Shown here piece after piece: positions 17,071 to 25,559 of a stretch of DNA of 32,000 bases (positions are counted from its first letter, which is position 1; every line of letters starts with the position of its first letter). The notes under the pieces were generated by a model. It was not told the origin of the DNA and did not search any database. It was given only the letters and a program-made list of their open reading frames with translations. The DNA is from Cuniculiplasma divulgatum (GTDB lineage: Archaea; Thermoplasmatota; Thermoplasmata; Thermoplasmatales; Thermoplasmataceae): NCBI RefSeq assembly GCF_900083515.1, contig NZ_LT671858.1:600001-632000 (forward strand), written 5' to 3'. The position numbers and the translations under genes were made by a program.

Positions 17071-17351
17071 CTATCATCATATTATTCAGATATAAAAATA
17101 CAGGAATCAGTGTCCCACATTAAAATTAGTCTAACAAAACAATAGCAGATGGTCTATGCATCAATATGATTTTAAAACAGTAAAAATTATGCCATATAAA
17201 TAAAGTCCAATACCATATTGTGCTTTAGTAGCCATTCCTGTTAGTATTAAAATTATTAAAATTCTCATATAATTATATTTTAATCTTTCATATTTATAAT
17301 CTGCTAAATTCAAATCATGTTTATAAAAGAGAAATAAGGTTATTTTAAGAA

Positions 17352-18512
17352 ATGATTAACCCATTTATGGTTGAAGAAGAAATATACGAAGAATTAAGAA
17401 ATAATGTAAGGGAATTTGTACAGCGTGAGGTTGAACCTGTTGCCAAGAAAATGGATCTGGAGGACTATTTCCCGGAGAAAGTCTTCAGAAACATGGGGAA
17501 AATGGGATATCTTGGCATTACCGTCGGCGAGGAGTTTGGAGGTGCAAATCTTGGTTATATGGGACAGGCAATTATAGAGGAGGAACTGGGTTATTCCTCT
17601 CCTTCACTGGCACTCAGCTACGGTGCACACAGTAACCTAACGCTTGATAACTTATACAGGAACGGAAATAATGAACAGAAAGAAACCTACGTTCCAAAAC
17701 TAGTATCCGGCGAGTGGATCGGTTCACTTGGTCTGACTGAGCCCCTTTCTGGTTCAGATGCCATGAATATGAAAACTACAGCTCAAAAAGAGGGAGACAG
17801 CTATATAATTAATGGTTCCAAAACATATATAACCAACGCCCCTTATGCAGATCTGTTCCTTACTTACTGCAGGACAGGAAAGGAACACTCTGCCTTCATA
17901 ATTCTTTCCACCGATGAGGGATTTTCAAGAGGGAAAAAATTTGACAAAATGGGAATGAGAGGTTCTCCTACAGGTGAAATATACTTTCAGGATTTGAAAG
18001 TAACCGGTTCAAGATTAATTGGCAAGGAGAACCATGGGAGACACATAATTCTCAGCGGATTGAATTCAGAGAGAGCTATTCTATCTTTCATTTTTGTTGG
18101 GCTAGCAAGAAGGTCCCTGGAAGAAGCAATTAAGTATTCAGTGGAGAGAAAACAGTTTGGTGAATCACTGTATAAGTTTGAAATGATACAGGACAAGCTG
18201 GCAACAATGTATACCAGATACAGGGCTGCAAAATTGCTTGCATACGAAACTCTGGAGCATCTTGATAAGAACAAAATGGATGTGAAGAATGCGGCAGCAT
18301 CAATCCTTTATTCAGCTCAGGTCTCTGAATACATATCAAGGGAATGTATCCAGATTTTTGGTGGAGCAGGTTATATCCATGATACTGGAATTGATAGATT
18401 AATGAGGGATGCCATCCTTGGTCAGATCGGAGCAGGAACTACAGAAATAAGAAAAAAGCTCATATCGGGGGCACTGATAAAGGAATTCCGCGAAGGAAGG
18501 AAAATTGATTGA
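17352..18512 (+). CDS. Acyl-CoA dehydrogenase (short/branched-chain, isovaleryl-CoA dehydrogenase-like)
   Basis: GSLGLTEPLSGSDA, GSKTYITNAPYADLF, QIFGGAGYIHDTGIDRLMRDA and a catalytic-Glu context GAGTTEIRKKLI are present. Confidence 0.85.
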   Translation: MINPFMVEEEIYEELRNNVREFVQREVEPVAKKMDLEDYFPEKVFRNMGKMGYLGITVGEEFGGANLGYMGQAIIEEELGYSSPSLALSYGAHSNLTLDNLYRNGNNEQKETYVPKLVSGEWIGSLGLTEPLSGSDAMNMKTTAQKEGDSYIINGSKTYITNAPYADLFLTYCRTGKEHSAFIILSTDEGFSRGKKFDKMGMRGSPTGEIYFQDLKVTGSRLIGKENHGRHIILSGLNSERAILSFIFVGLARRSLEEAIKYSVERKQFGESLYKFEMIQDKLATMYTRYRAAKLLAYETLEHLDKNKMDVKNAAASILYSAQVSEYISRECIQIFGGAGYIHDTGIDRLMRDAILGQIGAGTTEIRKKLISGALIKEFREGRKID

Positions 18513-18515
18513 ATT

Positions 18516-19532
18516 ATGTTATGTATAAAATGTGGAATTCGAGAAGCCATATACAAGGGACTCTGTGAAGACTGTATATGGGAAACACTGGTTATTGAAA
18601 AGCCAGGTTCAATAACATTTACCAGTTGCCCAAAGTGTGGTGCAATAAAGGCTGGGAATTACTGGGCTCATCATGATGCACAGGACAGATGGTCAAAGAA
18701 AGTTTATGAACTTTTCACGGTGAATGATCCATTTAAGATTAAATCATTCGGACCCATAGAACTGAACAAAATCGAGGATACAGCCTATATCAGGATCAGG
18801 ATTAGAAGAGATGATGCAGAGGAGAAGGAGTTTCTGCTGGAAATTCCATACAGGAAGGAGTCAATCAGCTGTCCAACGTGTAATAAGGTAACAGGATCAT
18901 ATTACGAATCCAAGGTTCAGCTGAGGGGATTCATGGAAAAAATGAGCCCTGAAATAAATCTAATTCATCAGGAGCTTCTCCGCATGGTTGAGAACAACCA
19001 GAAGAAAGACCCTGAATCCTTTGTATCAAAGTCAGTTCAACTGAAGGAAGGTATAGATATATATCTTGGAAAGAAAAAAGATGGAGATACATTTGCCAGA
19101 GAAATTCAGTCTAAAACCATATGCAATGTGGTCGTTTCAAGTTCACTTGCAGGAATAAAGGATGGAAAACAATTTTTCAGGTTTACCTATATGATCAGAA
19201 TTCTTGATATTGAGCCTGGATCTCTAATATTCTTTGACAATACAAAATACATTTATCAGGGAAAAAGGCCAGGTGGCATATATGTTACAGACCTGAAAAA
19301 TGGTAAGATTACACTCATAAACAAGAGATTAATAGATTTTGATAAACTGAAGGAAACTGGAGAAAAAGCATCCAGGGAAAGGTTCATTGTAATTAACAGG
19401 ACAGAAAACGAAACGAATCTGATGAATGAGAGAACCTATAACCAGATCACCCTGAAGAGGATTATAAAGGAAGATCAGATCGAACTGTTCTTCTATGAGG
19501 ACAACTATTATGAAATTTTAGGTGATATTTGA
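18516..19532 (+). CDS. nmd3: Archaeal NMD3-family protein (large-ribosomal-subunit biogenesis/export factor homologue)
   Basis: N-terminal zinc-ribbon array CIKCG...CEDC...CPKCG...CPTCN followed by an NMD3-like beta-rich body. The start is 3 nt after the ACAD stop. Confidence 0.7.
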   Translation: MLCIKCGIREAIYKGLCEDCIWETLVIEKPGSITFTSCPKCGAIKAGNYWAHHDAQDRWSKKVYELFTVNDPFKIKSFGPIELNKIEDTAYIRIRIRRDDAEEKEFLLEIPYRKESISCPTCNKVTGSYYESKVQLRGFMEKMSPEINLIHQELLRMVENNQKKDPESFVSKSVQLKEGIDIYLGKKKDGDTFAREIQSKTICNVVVSSSLAGIKDGKQFFRFTYMIRILDIEPGSLIFFDNTKYIYQGKRPGGIYVTDLKNGKITLINKRLIDFDKLKETGEKASRERFIVINRTENETNLMNERTYNQITLKRIIKEDQIELFFYEDNYYEILGDI

Positions 19533-20788
19533 TGTTTGTAAGATCAGAATGGGAAAATTTGAAGGAAGTGATTGTTCATAGACCAGGAACAGAGATAGAT
19601 TATGCGATGATCTCGCCGAGAGCATTTCTCTTTGAGCGACCGTTCAACAAGACGAAAGCATTAAGGGAACATGAGAAGCTTGAGGAGATTATGAAGGAGA
19701 ATGGGGCAAAGGTAACACAGCTCAGAGAAATTGTTGTGAACAGGTGTAATACTGACAGTAGTTTCAGAAAGTCTCTGGAGGAAAAGTTAGCTTCTGAGGT
19801 GCAGTTCTATGGCGATATTTCAGAGGTTGAAAGGCTAAAGAAGGATTTTCAGAGAAATCTTCCATTCATGGATGCAGACACTCTTTTTAACATATCAATC
19901 CTGGTGCCATCAATTGACATAACTGTTGATCGTGATAATCATATGTCATATCCCAAAATATTTTCCAATGTACCCCTTACAAACCTGTATTTCATGAGGG
20001 ATCAGCAGGCTGTGAGTTCTAATGGAGTTATTCTTGGTAGAATGAAACTGCCGCAGAGAAAAATGGAACCTGAAATTACAGGATTCATAATGGAGAAAAT
20101 CCTTGGTAATGATCACCTGAAGAGGGTTGAGGAGAATTCATATTTTGAGGGTGGTGACTACATTCCATGTGGTGAATTTGGATTAATAGGAACAGGACCA
20201 AGAACTGATCTTGCTGGAGCCATATCGGCAATGAATTCAGGAATGATGAGCCATGACGAAATTTTGGTCGTGGAAAATCCCAGATATCCATTTATGGTAA
20301 ATGATCTTCTAAACAATATGCATCTTGACACATATTTCAACATTGCAGGTAATGGCACTGCCATTGGTTCATTGAGCCTTGTAAAGGCAGCAAAGGGAAA
20401 ATTATACCAGAAAACAGGAGATGGTTACGTTTATGCATATGATATAGCACTTTATGATTATCTGAAAAAGAAAGGTTATAACATAATGGAAATTTCCCCC
20501 ATTGAACAGCTTTGTTATTCATCCAATTTCCTTACTGTAAAGAATAACAGAATTATATGCATAGATTCTTTTTCAGTTCTTAAAAAGCTTGAAAGCAACG
20601 GTGTCATAACTCAGAAGATAAAGGAAGAAGCAGGGGCAAAAGAATCAGAACTTAAAAGTGGAACCATGTTTCCATCCAGTTCAAAAATGCGGGATTTTGG
20701 TATTGATTTTATCAAAATCAATCTGGAAGAAATAACAGGTGGATATGGCGGGGCACATTGCATGACCTATACCCTTCATAGAAATTGA
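19532..20788 (+). CDS. arcA: Arginine deiminase (guanidino-group-modifying enzyme superfamily)
   Basis: FMRDQ, MHLDTYFNI (compare the HLDT motif of ADI) and C-terminal GGAHCMT (catalytic Cys context). ATG 19532 overlaps the NMD3 TGA by 1 nt (TGATG). The ORF track's TTG at 19529 is less likely. Confidence 0.75.
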   Translation: MFVRSEWENLKEVIVHRPGTEIDYAMISPRAFLFERPFNKTKALREHEKLEEIMKENGAKVTQLREIVVNRCNTDSSFRKSLEEKLASEVQFYGDISEVERLKKDFQRNLPFMDADTLFNISILVPSIDITVDRDNHMSYPKIFSNVPLTNLYFMRDQQAVSSNGVILGRMKLPQRKMEPEITGFIMEKILGNDHLKRVEENSYFEGGDYIPCGEFGLIGTGPRTDLAGAISAMNSGMMSHDEILVVENPRYPFMVNDLLNNMHLDTYFNIAGNGTAIGSLSLVKAAKGKLYQKTGDGYVYAYDIALYDYLKKKGYNIMEISPIEQLCYSSNFLTVKNNRIICIDSFSVLKKLESNGVITQKIKEEAGAKESELKSGTMFPSSSKMRDFGIDFIKINLEEITGGYGGAHCMTYTLHRN

Positions 20789-20946
20789 TGTAAAAATAAA
20801 AACTGTAACAACATTTCCTAATATTAAAAATCACTGTAATACTTAAATCTCTAAATTGTAATAAATATAAGCAAATACGCCATAAAGATAGAAAATTTCA
20901 TATTTAATTTACATAGCAAAGGTTAATTAAAAATAAATAAATACTC

Positions 20947-21045
20947 ATGTATATGTCAACTAAAACCATGATCTATATTCTTGTAGGACTAGCTGCTTTA
21001 CTTCCTGCTGTGTGGGGATTCTTTCTCGCCCTAGCTCCAATTTGA
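20947..21045 (+). CDS. Candidate 32-aa hydrophobic micro-protein (MYMSTKTMIYILVGLAALLPAVWGFFLALAPI), below the ORF-track length cut-off
   Basis: ATG 20947 to TGA 21043..21045, 3 nt before the pgi/pmi ATG. It has one clear TM-length hydrophobic stretch and is locally more GC-rich than the surrounding AT-rich spacer. A TATA-like AT block lies about 20-30 nt upstream of its ATG. Confidence 0.4.
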   Translation: MYMSTKTMIYILVGLAALLPAVWGFFLALAPI

Positions 21046-21048
21046 GGA

Positions 21049-22002
21049 ATGATTTTTTTGGCAGAAGATAAATTTTACAGTCAGGTTTACTCAATTAAGG
21101 AACAAATCAATTTTACTGAGAAGTTTTCCCTGGAAGCACGAAATTTTAAAGCAATTGTAATTTCAGGAATGGGGGGATCAGGTGTATCGGGCAGAATTTT
21201 TGCAGAGATATTTCAGGAACTTCCTGTAATAGTTGTGGATTCTTATAAACTTCCAAAATATGTGGACCGCAGCTACTGCTTCATTGCAGTAAGTTACTCG
21301 GGAAACACAGAAGAAACACTGAGTACAGTTAAAGAGGCGAAGGCCAGAGGAGTCAGGGTAAATGCCATAACTTCCGGTGGTGAGCTTTCCAAAATATGCG
21401 ACAATCTGATTAAAATACCGGCAGGATTGCAGCCAAGGGAGGCCATAGGATATCTTTTAATGCCTCTTTTGAACACTTTTGCTGGCATTCAGACGGAAGA
21501 GAGAAAAAAAATCATTTCAATTCTTGAAAATCTTGAAAAGGAGCGAAGCCCTATATGGCAGCTTGCACAGAAAATAGTAGACTCAAGAAAAATTCCCTAC
21601 ATTCTATCATGGGAACCTTTCACAAGCCTCAGCTACAGATTCAAGACACAGTTTAATGAAAATTCAAAGCTTTTCGCACTGAATCATAACCTATCAGAGC
21701 AGAATCATAATGAACTTGTACCGCAACTAATGAACGGAGGTATGGCCGAAAAATTCATCTTTCTTGTTCTGGAGGGGGATTACAGTTCAAGATGTAAGGT
21801 ACGCCTGGATATAATGGAAAATAAATTCTCATCAGAGATCATAAGGATAAAGCCCAAAGGTGAGACACAACTGGAAAAGCTGTTCTATCTTCTGCACTAT
21901 ATTGACATCCTTACAGTGGAAGTAAGTTTGAGGTTGTCCTTTGATCCAGAGGATGTAAAGGTTCTGGAAAACCTGAAGGCTGAGCTTTCTAAAATTAAAT
22001 AA
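21049..22002 (+). CDS. pgi: Bifunctional phosphoglucose/phosphomannose isomerase (archaeal PGI/PMI family, SIS domain)
   Basis: ISGMGGSGVSGRI and AVSYSGNTEETL SIS motifs. About 317 aa, typical of the archaeal PGI/PMI family. GAGG lies 2-5 nt upstream of the ATG. Confidence 0.8.
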   Translation: MIFLAEDKFYSQVYSIKEQINFTEKFSLEARNFKAIVISGMGGSGVSGRIFAEIFQELPVIVVDSYKLPKYVDRSYCFIAVSYSGNTEETLSTVKEAKARGVRVNAITSGGELSKICDNLIKIPAGLQPREAIGYLLMPLLNTFAGIQTEERKKIISILENLEKERSPIWQLAQKIVDSRKIPYILSWEPFTSLSYRFKTQFNENSKLFALNHNLSEQNHNELVPQLMNGGMAEKFIFLVLEGDYSSRCKVRLDIMENKFSSEIIRIKPKGETQLEKLFYLLHYIDILTVEVSLRLSFDPEDVKVLENLKAELSKIK

Positions 22003-23803
22003 TATCTGCGTTTCCGGATGGAAGTATCCTCATTATTTCCTCTGTGTCAGTATCCAGTTTTGTGGCAATCTCCTGTGCTACCTTATCCCTTTTTCTACTG
22101 CCAGGAATTATGGTAACACAATCAGAATCATTTTCCCTGAACGGATAAATCATCGCAATTTTTGCTTCCCTGTAATCAATCATTCTAATGCTAAGCTTGA
22201 GTGGTAAATTGAAAAGATAGTTTCTTTTTCCCCTTACAATCCATGATCCCTTTCTAACATATTGCCCAGATTCTGGTGTTTTACTTACCTGCAGTGGGCT
22301 GACCCAGTAGGCTGATCCTGATGTGAGTCCATTCTGCCATGCCCTTGAGAATGAGACGGCAAATGCTGCAGCCTCTGTTATCTCCTCTTCCGTTATTTCT
22401 GCGTTATCTTCATTTCTTATTACCGTACTGGGTGCACCGTACATGTCCGCGTGTATGTAAATATCCTTCTCCCCCATATGTTTCTTTACAACCTTCTCGT
22501 TTGTATCCGTATTCTTACCAGAGATAACCAGATGATTGGCAGGGGTGAAAAACCAGTGATAGGTCTCGAACCAGAATCTTGGTCTATCTTTTTTCTTCTT
22601 AACCTGCTGTTCCTGTATCCCCTTTATTGAGTTTTCCATTGCTATCTTTGCACCCTCTATCCTTTCCAGGTAATCCTTAGACGAATCAAAATAGGACGTC
22701 ATGTTTTCCCCAACACTTCTGTCATAGAACAGTTTAAATGTATTCTCGTTGAAAGTAATTTCTGCGCTCTTTTCTGCCTTATTCTTTGATTTCACCTCTA
22801 TGACAAAACCGTCAAATGAAAGTCTCTCCTGATCAGAGGTCTTCAAATGCTGGAGAACTTTTTTCATGGTTTGAAAGTGAGATGAAATTATGACTCCTAT
22901 TTCCCTGCTTGTTTCAGAAGCCTTCCTGTATTCCTCAATGGTTTTTTCCTGATTCTCAACAATTCTCCTAATTCTTAAATTCTCTGGTGTATCCTTAATT
23001 TCAGTTTCCATCATCATTTGCAGGGAATCGTTGAAATCCTCCATTATCCTGTCAGGTTCTCTGTTAAGAAACGTCAATCTTATTGGGCTTACAAGCTGTT
23101 CTTCTTCGTAGAAATATCCCTTATTTTCTTCAGTCTCACGAAGGCACTCATTGAGTTTTTCATCAATTTGCCCGATCAAATCTGTACACTGCTTTGCATC
23201 AAGATTCTTATCAATTCCTGCTCTATTTAGAATCTCCTCGGATAATTCACCTCCAAGGTTGAATCTTGTTGCCATAGTTTGAACAATTGATGCCTTGCTC
23301 TTCTCAAGTATTTCAATCTTATTTTCAGATTTTAATGATAGGGGATCAACCAGAGATGGTGGAATGTATTTTTCATTCCTTATTATTTTTCTGTTTTTCC
23401 ATTCCCTTGGATTAAGTGCATATTCAATTACATCATCCTGCAAAACTATCAGATTACCATCTCTGAAGAGTTCCATCACGAAGGATGAACCGTTGTAAAA
23501 ATCCACTCTGACTACCCTGTCAAAATTTATCTGGTAAATAGCCTTGATTTTCTTATCCATGAATTTCTTTCTGAGAAACATTGCAAGATTCCCAGCATCC
23601 TGCCCTCTTTCGGCATCCATAAGACAAATTCCCTTCTTCACGTCAATATAAAATGAACCTTTCTTTAGTGTTGGACTGTGAATCTGGAAGATAAATTTTC
23701 CACCACCAAGATCATATATCTTCTTTACAAAGCTGTCCTGAAGATCCTTTCTTTTGTTATTAACAAATGCATAGATATCAACAGAGCTTTCCTTATCTTT
23801 CAC
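21995..23803 (-). CDS. NFACT-family protein (archaeal Rqc2/FbpA homologue; NFACT-N, coiled coil, NFACT-R/DUF814). The ORF could extend to ATG 23920.
   Basis: From GTG 23803 the N-terminus (M)KDKESSVDIYAFVNNKRKDLQDSFVKKIYDLGG matches the usual NFACT-N start. A TATA-like TTTAAATTTTATAG is centred about 25 nt upstream of that GTG. The 39 extra residues from ATG 23920 are hydrophobic and unlike the family. The C-terminal region WFETYHWFFTPANHLVISGKN...DIYIHADMYGAPSTVI is the DUF814/NFACT-R signature. Confidence 0.75.
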   Translation of the reverse strand: MKDKESSVDIYAFVNNKRKDLQDSFVKKIYDLGGGKFIFQIHSPTLKKGSFYIDVKKGICLMDAERGQDAGNLAMFLRKKFMDKKIKAIYQINFDRVVRVDFYNGSSFVMELFRDGNLIVLQDDVIEYALNPREWKNRKIIRNEKYIPPSLVDPLSLKSENKIEILEKSKASIVQTMATRFNLGGELSEEILNRAGIDKNLDAKQCTDLIGQIDEKLNECLRETEENKGYFYEEEQLVSPIRLTFLNREPDRIMEDFNDSLQMMMETEIKDTPENLRIRRIVENQEKTIEEYRKASETSREIGVIISSHFQTMKKVLQHLKTSDQERLSFDGFVIEVKSKNKAEKSAEITFNENTFKLFYDRSVGENMTSYFDSSKDYLERIEGAKIAMENSIKGIQEQQVKKKKDRPRFWFETYHWFFTPANHLVISGKNTDTNEKVVKKHMGEKDIYIHADMYGAPSTVIRNEDNAEITEEEITEAAAFAVSFSRAWQNGLTSGSAYWVSPLQVSKTPESGQYVRKGSWIVRGKRNYLFNLPLKLSIRMIDYREAKIAMIYPFRENDSDCVTIIPGSRKRDKVAQEIATKLDTDTEEIMRILPSGNADII

Positions 23804-24011
23804 ATATCTATATGACAGATTGCCTATAAAATTTAAAGAAATAAAGCATGGGATAGAAGTATGAAAAATATTCTTTACAGAAAACCTTAATTTTGAGGGA
23901 AATAAGGTCTTCCCAGACATTTCTGGGGTGGCTGATAGACAAATACATTAAAATGGCAAGACTATAAATGAATTATGGAAATAAGGATTTAATTTAAAGG
24001 GGTTGGATTAA

Positions 24012-24506
24012 TTGGAAGCAATAGATGAAAAGATTCAAAATCTTCAGAACCAGGTAGATTACGAAAAAATGATGCCCATATCCAATTGCGCAAGTCTTGC
24101 AAGGATGGAAATAGAGCTTGCCACACTTTATAATAGAAAGGGTGAAAAGGACAAAGCAAATCAGCTGCTGGAAGATGCAAAAAATGCATTAACAGATCCA
24201 ATGTGTCCCGAATCAAGAGACAAAAGGAGAGTGCTTAACCAGCTTTCATTTATAATGGGCGGTACCAGTGGTGCAGCCCTTCAGAATCCATACATGCAGG
24301 TGCGTACATCAATTCCAATATACATACGATTCATGGGTCTAATAATTCTGATGCTTGGATATGCAGTATTGTACATTCTTGGGTATTTTGGTTATATAAC
24401 CAATGATATTTTATTCAACATTCTTGTTTTTGTGGTATTTATTGTAAGTCTGATTGCAGGCAGCGTAATCCAGAGAATGTACGTAAGGAAGGCTAGGTCA
24501 AGATAA
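24012..24506 (+). CDS. Hypothetical membrane protein (soluble helical N-domain plus two C-terminal TM helices), TTG start
   Basis: GGGG(T) SD-like sequence 10 nt upstream of the TTG and TATAAAT about 45 nt upstream. The C-terminus IPIYIRFMGLIILMLGYAVLYILGYFGY...ILVFVVFIVSLIAGSVI is hydrophobic. Confidence 0.5.
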   Translation: MEAIDEKIQNLQNQVDYEKMMPISNCASLARMEIELATLYNRKGEKDKANQLLEDAKNALTDPMCPESRDKRRVLNQLSFIMGGTSGAALQNPYMQVRTSIPIYIRFMGLIILMLGYAVLYILGYFGYITNDILFNILVFVVFIVSLIAGSVIQRMYVRKARSR

Positions 24507-24611
24507 ATTTTATCATCTCCTGTAGTTTGGTTTGACGAGTATCCACATTACAACTTAATAAAGGCATAAGCATAAGATTATATTTTTTAACCTATAATCA
24601 ATATACATAAC

Positions 24612-25559
24612 ATGACCAACATTTTGATCACAGGTTCTCTGGGGCAGGTAGGTTCTGAATTAATTGATTATCTACTGGCGAGCTATGGAGGAACCATATA
24701 CGTAACTGATGTACAGAAGGAACCAAAAATTAGGGAAAACAGCAGGATCAATTATGAATTTCTGGATGTTAGGGATAGGGAAGCAGTGGATAATATAATC
24801 AGGAATAGGAATATAGATGAGGTATACCATCTGGCATCAATCCTGTCTGCAACTGGTGAAAAAGACCCATACCTTGCCTACAATGTAAATTTAACAGGTA
24901 CAGTAAATGTGCTGAATGCCTGTGTTACAAGAGACGTAAAAAAGGTATTCATTCCTTCAACAATTGGCGTCTATGGTCCAGAGGTTCAGAAAGAGAATGC
25001 CCCAATTAGACACAACTCAATTCCAACAACAATGTATGGCATAACAAAATTTACAACGGAAATGCTGTCACAGTATTATTTCAACAAGTATAATCTTGAT
25101 GTCAGGAGTCTAAGATATCCTGGACTCCTTAGCTATAAGGTAGCTCCAACAGCCGGTACCACAGATTATGCTGTGGACATGATAAAGCACGCAGCCCAGG
25201 GCAACCTTTACGAATGCTATCTGAAGGAGGAGACAAAATTGCCAATGCTCTACATGCCAGATGCAATGAAGGCAACACTTCGGATGATGACATCACCACA
25301 GGAGAGCATAAGAATAAGAACATCCTATAATGTGATGGCATACAGCTTTTCACCAAAGGAATTGGAGGAAGAAGTTAGAAAACTTAACCCGGACTTCAAT
25401 GTAAAATATAATCCTGATTTCAGGCAGAAAATAGCGGACACATGGCCCTATTCTATAAACACAGAAGATGCCGTAAAGGACTGGAATTTCAAGCCAGAAT
25501 ACGACCTGAAGGCCACGGTTGCAGATATGTTTAAAAATTTTAAGAATCAGTCAATCTGA
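24612..25559 (+). CDS. tdh: NAD-dependent epimerase/dehydratase-fold enzyme, GalE-like L-threonine 3-dehydrogenase type
   Basis: Rossmann motif ILITGSLGQVGSELIDYL...VTDV. The Y-x-x-x-K context is MYGITKFTTE. Size and N-terminal pattern match the UDP-galactose-4-epimerase-like threonine dehydrogenases known from Thermoplasma and others. Confidence 0.65.
   Translation: MTNILITGSLGQVGSELIDYLLASYGGTIYVTDVQKEPKIRENSRINYEFLDVRDREAVDNIIRNRNIDEVYHLASILSATGEKDPYLAYNVNLTGTVNVLNACVTRDVKKVFIPSTIGVYGPEVQKENAPIRHNSIPTTMYGITKFTTEMLSQYYFNKYNLDVRSLRYPGLLSYKVAPTAGTTDYAVDMIKHAAQGNLYECYLKEETKLPMLYMPDAMKATLRMMTSPQESIRIRTSYNVMAYSFSPKELEEEVRKLNPDFNVKYNPDFRQKIADTWPYSINTEDAVKDWNFKPEYDLKATVADMFKNFKNQSI

Noticed and set aside
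16271-17351. Integrated element at the tRNA-Leu 3' end, bounded by an att direct repeat
   Set aside because: Reading by eye found no second copy of the tRNA 3' segment (GGGTTCAAATCCCATCCCTCGCA or a substantial part) in the downstream 1.1 kb, and there is no integrase gene. It is kept only as a low-interest note.
17071-17351. Repeated ATTAAAATTA-like strings as a CRISPR or tandem-repeat array or replication-origin element
   Set aside because: The copies are short, irregularly spaced and indistinguishable from low-complexity AT-rich promoter DNA. There is no repeat-spacer periodicity and no cdc6/orc gene nearby.
20789-20862. Four TGTAA/CTGTAA motifs downstream of the arginine deiminase gene as a regulatory repeat
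   Set aside because: A 5-6 nt AT-rich word recurring at irregular spacing in AT-rich DNA is expected by chance.
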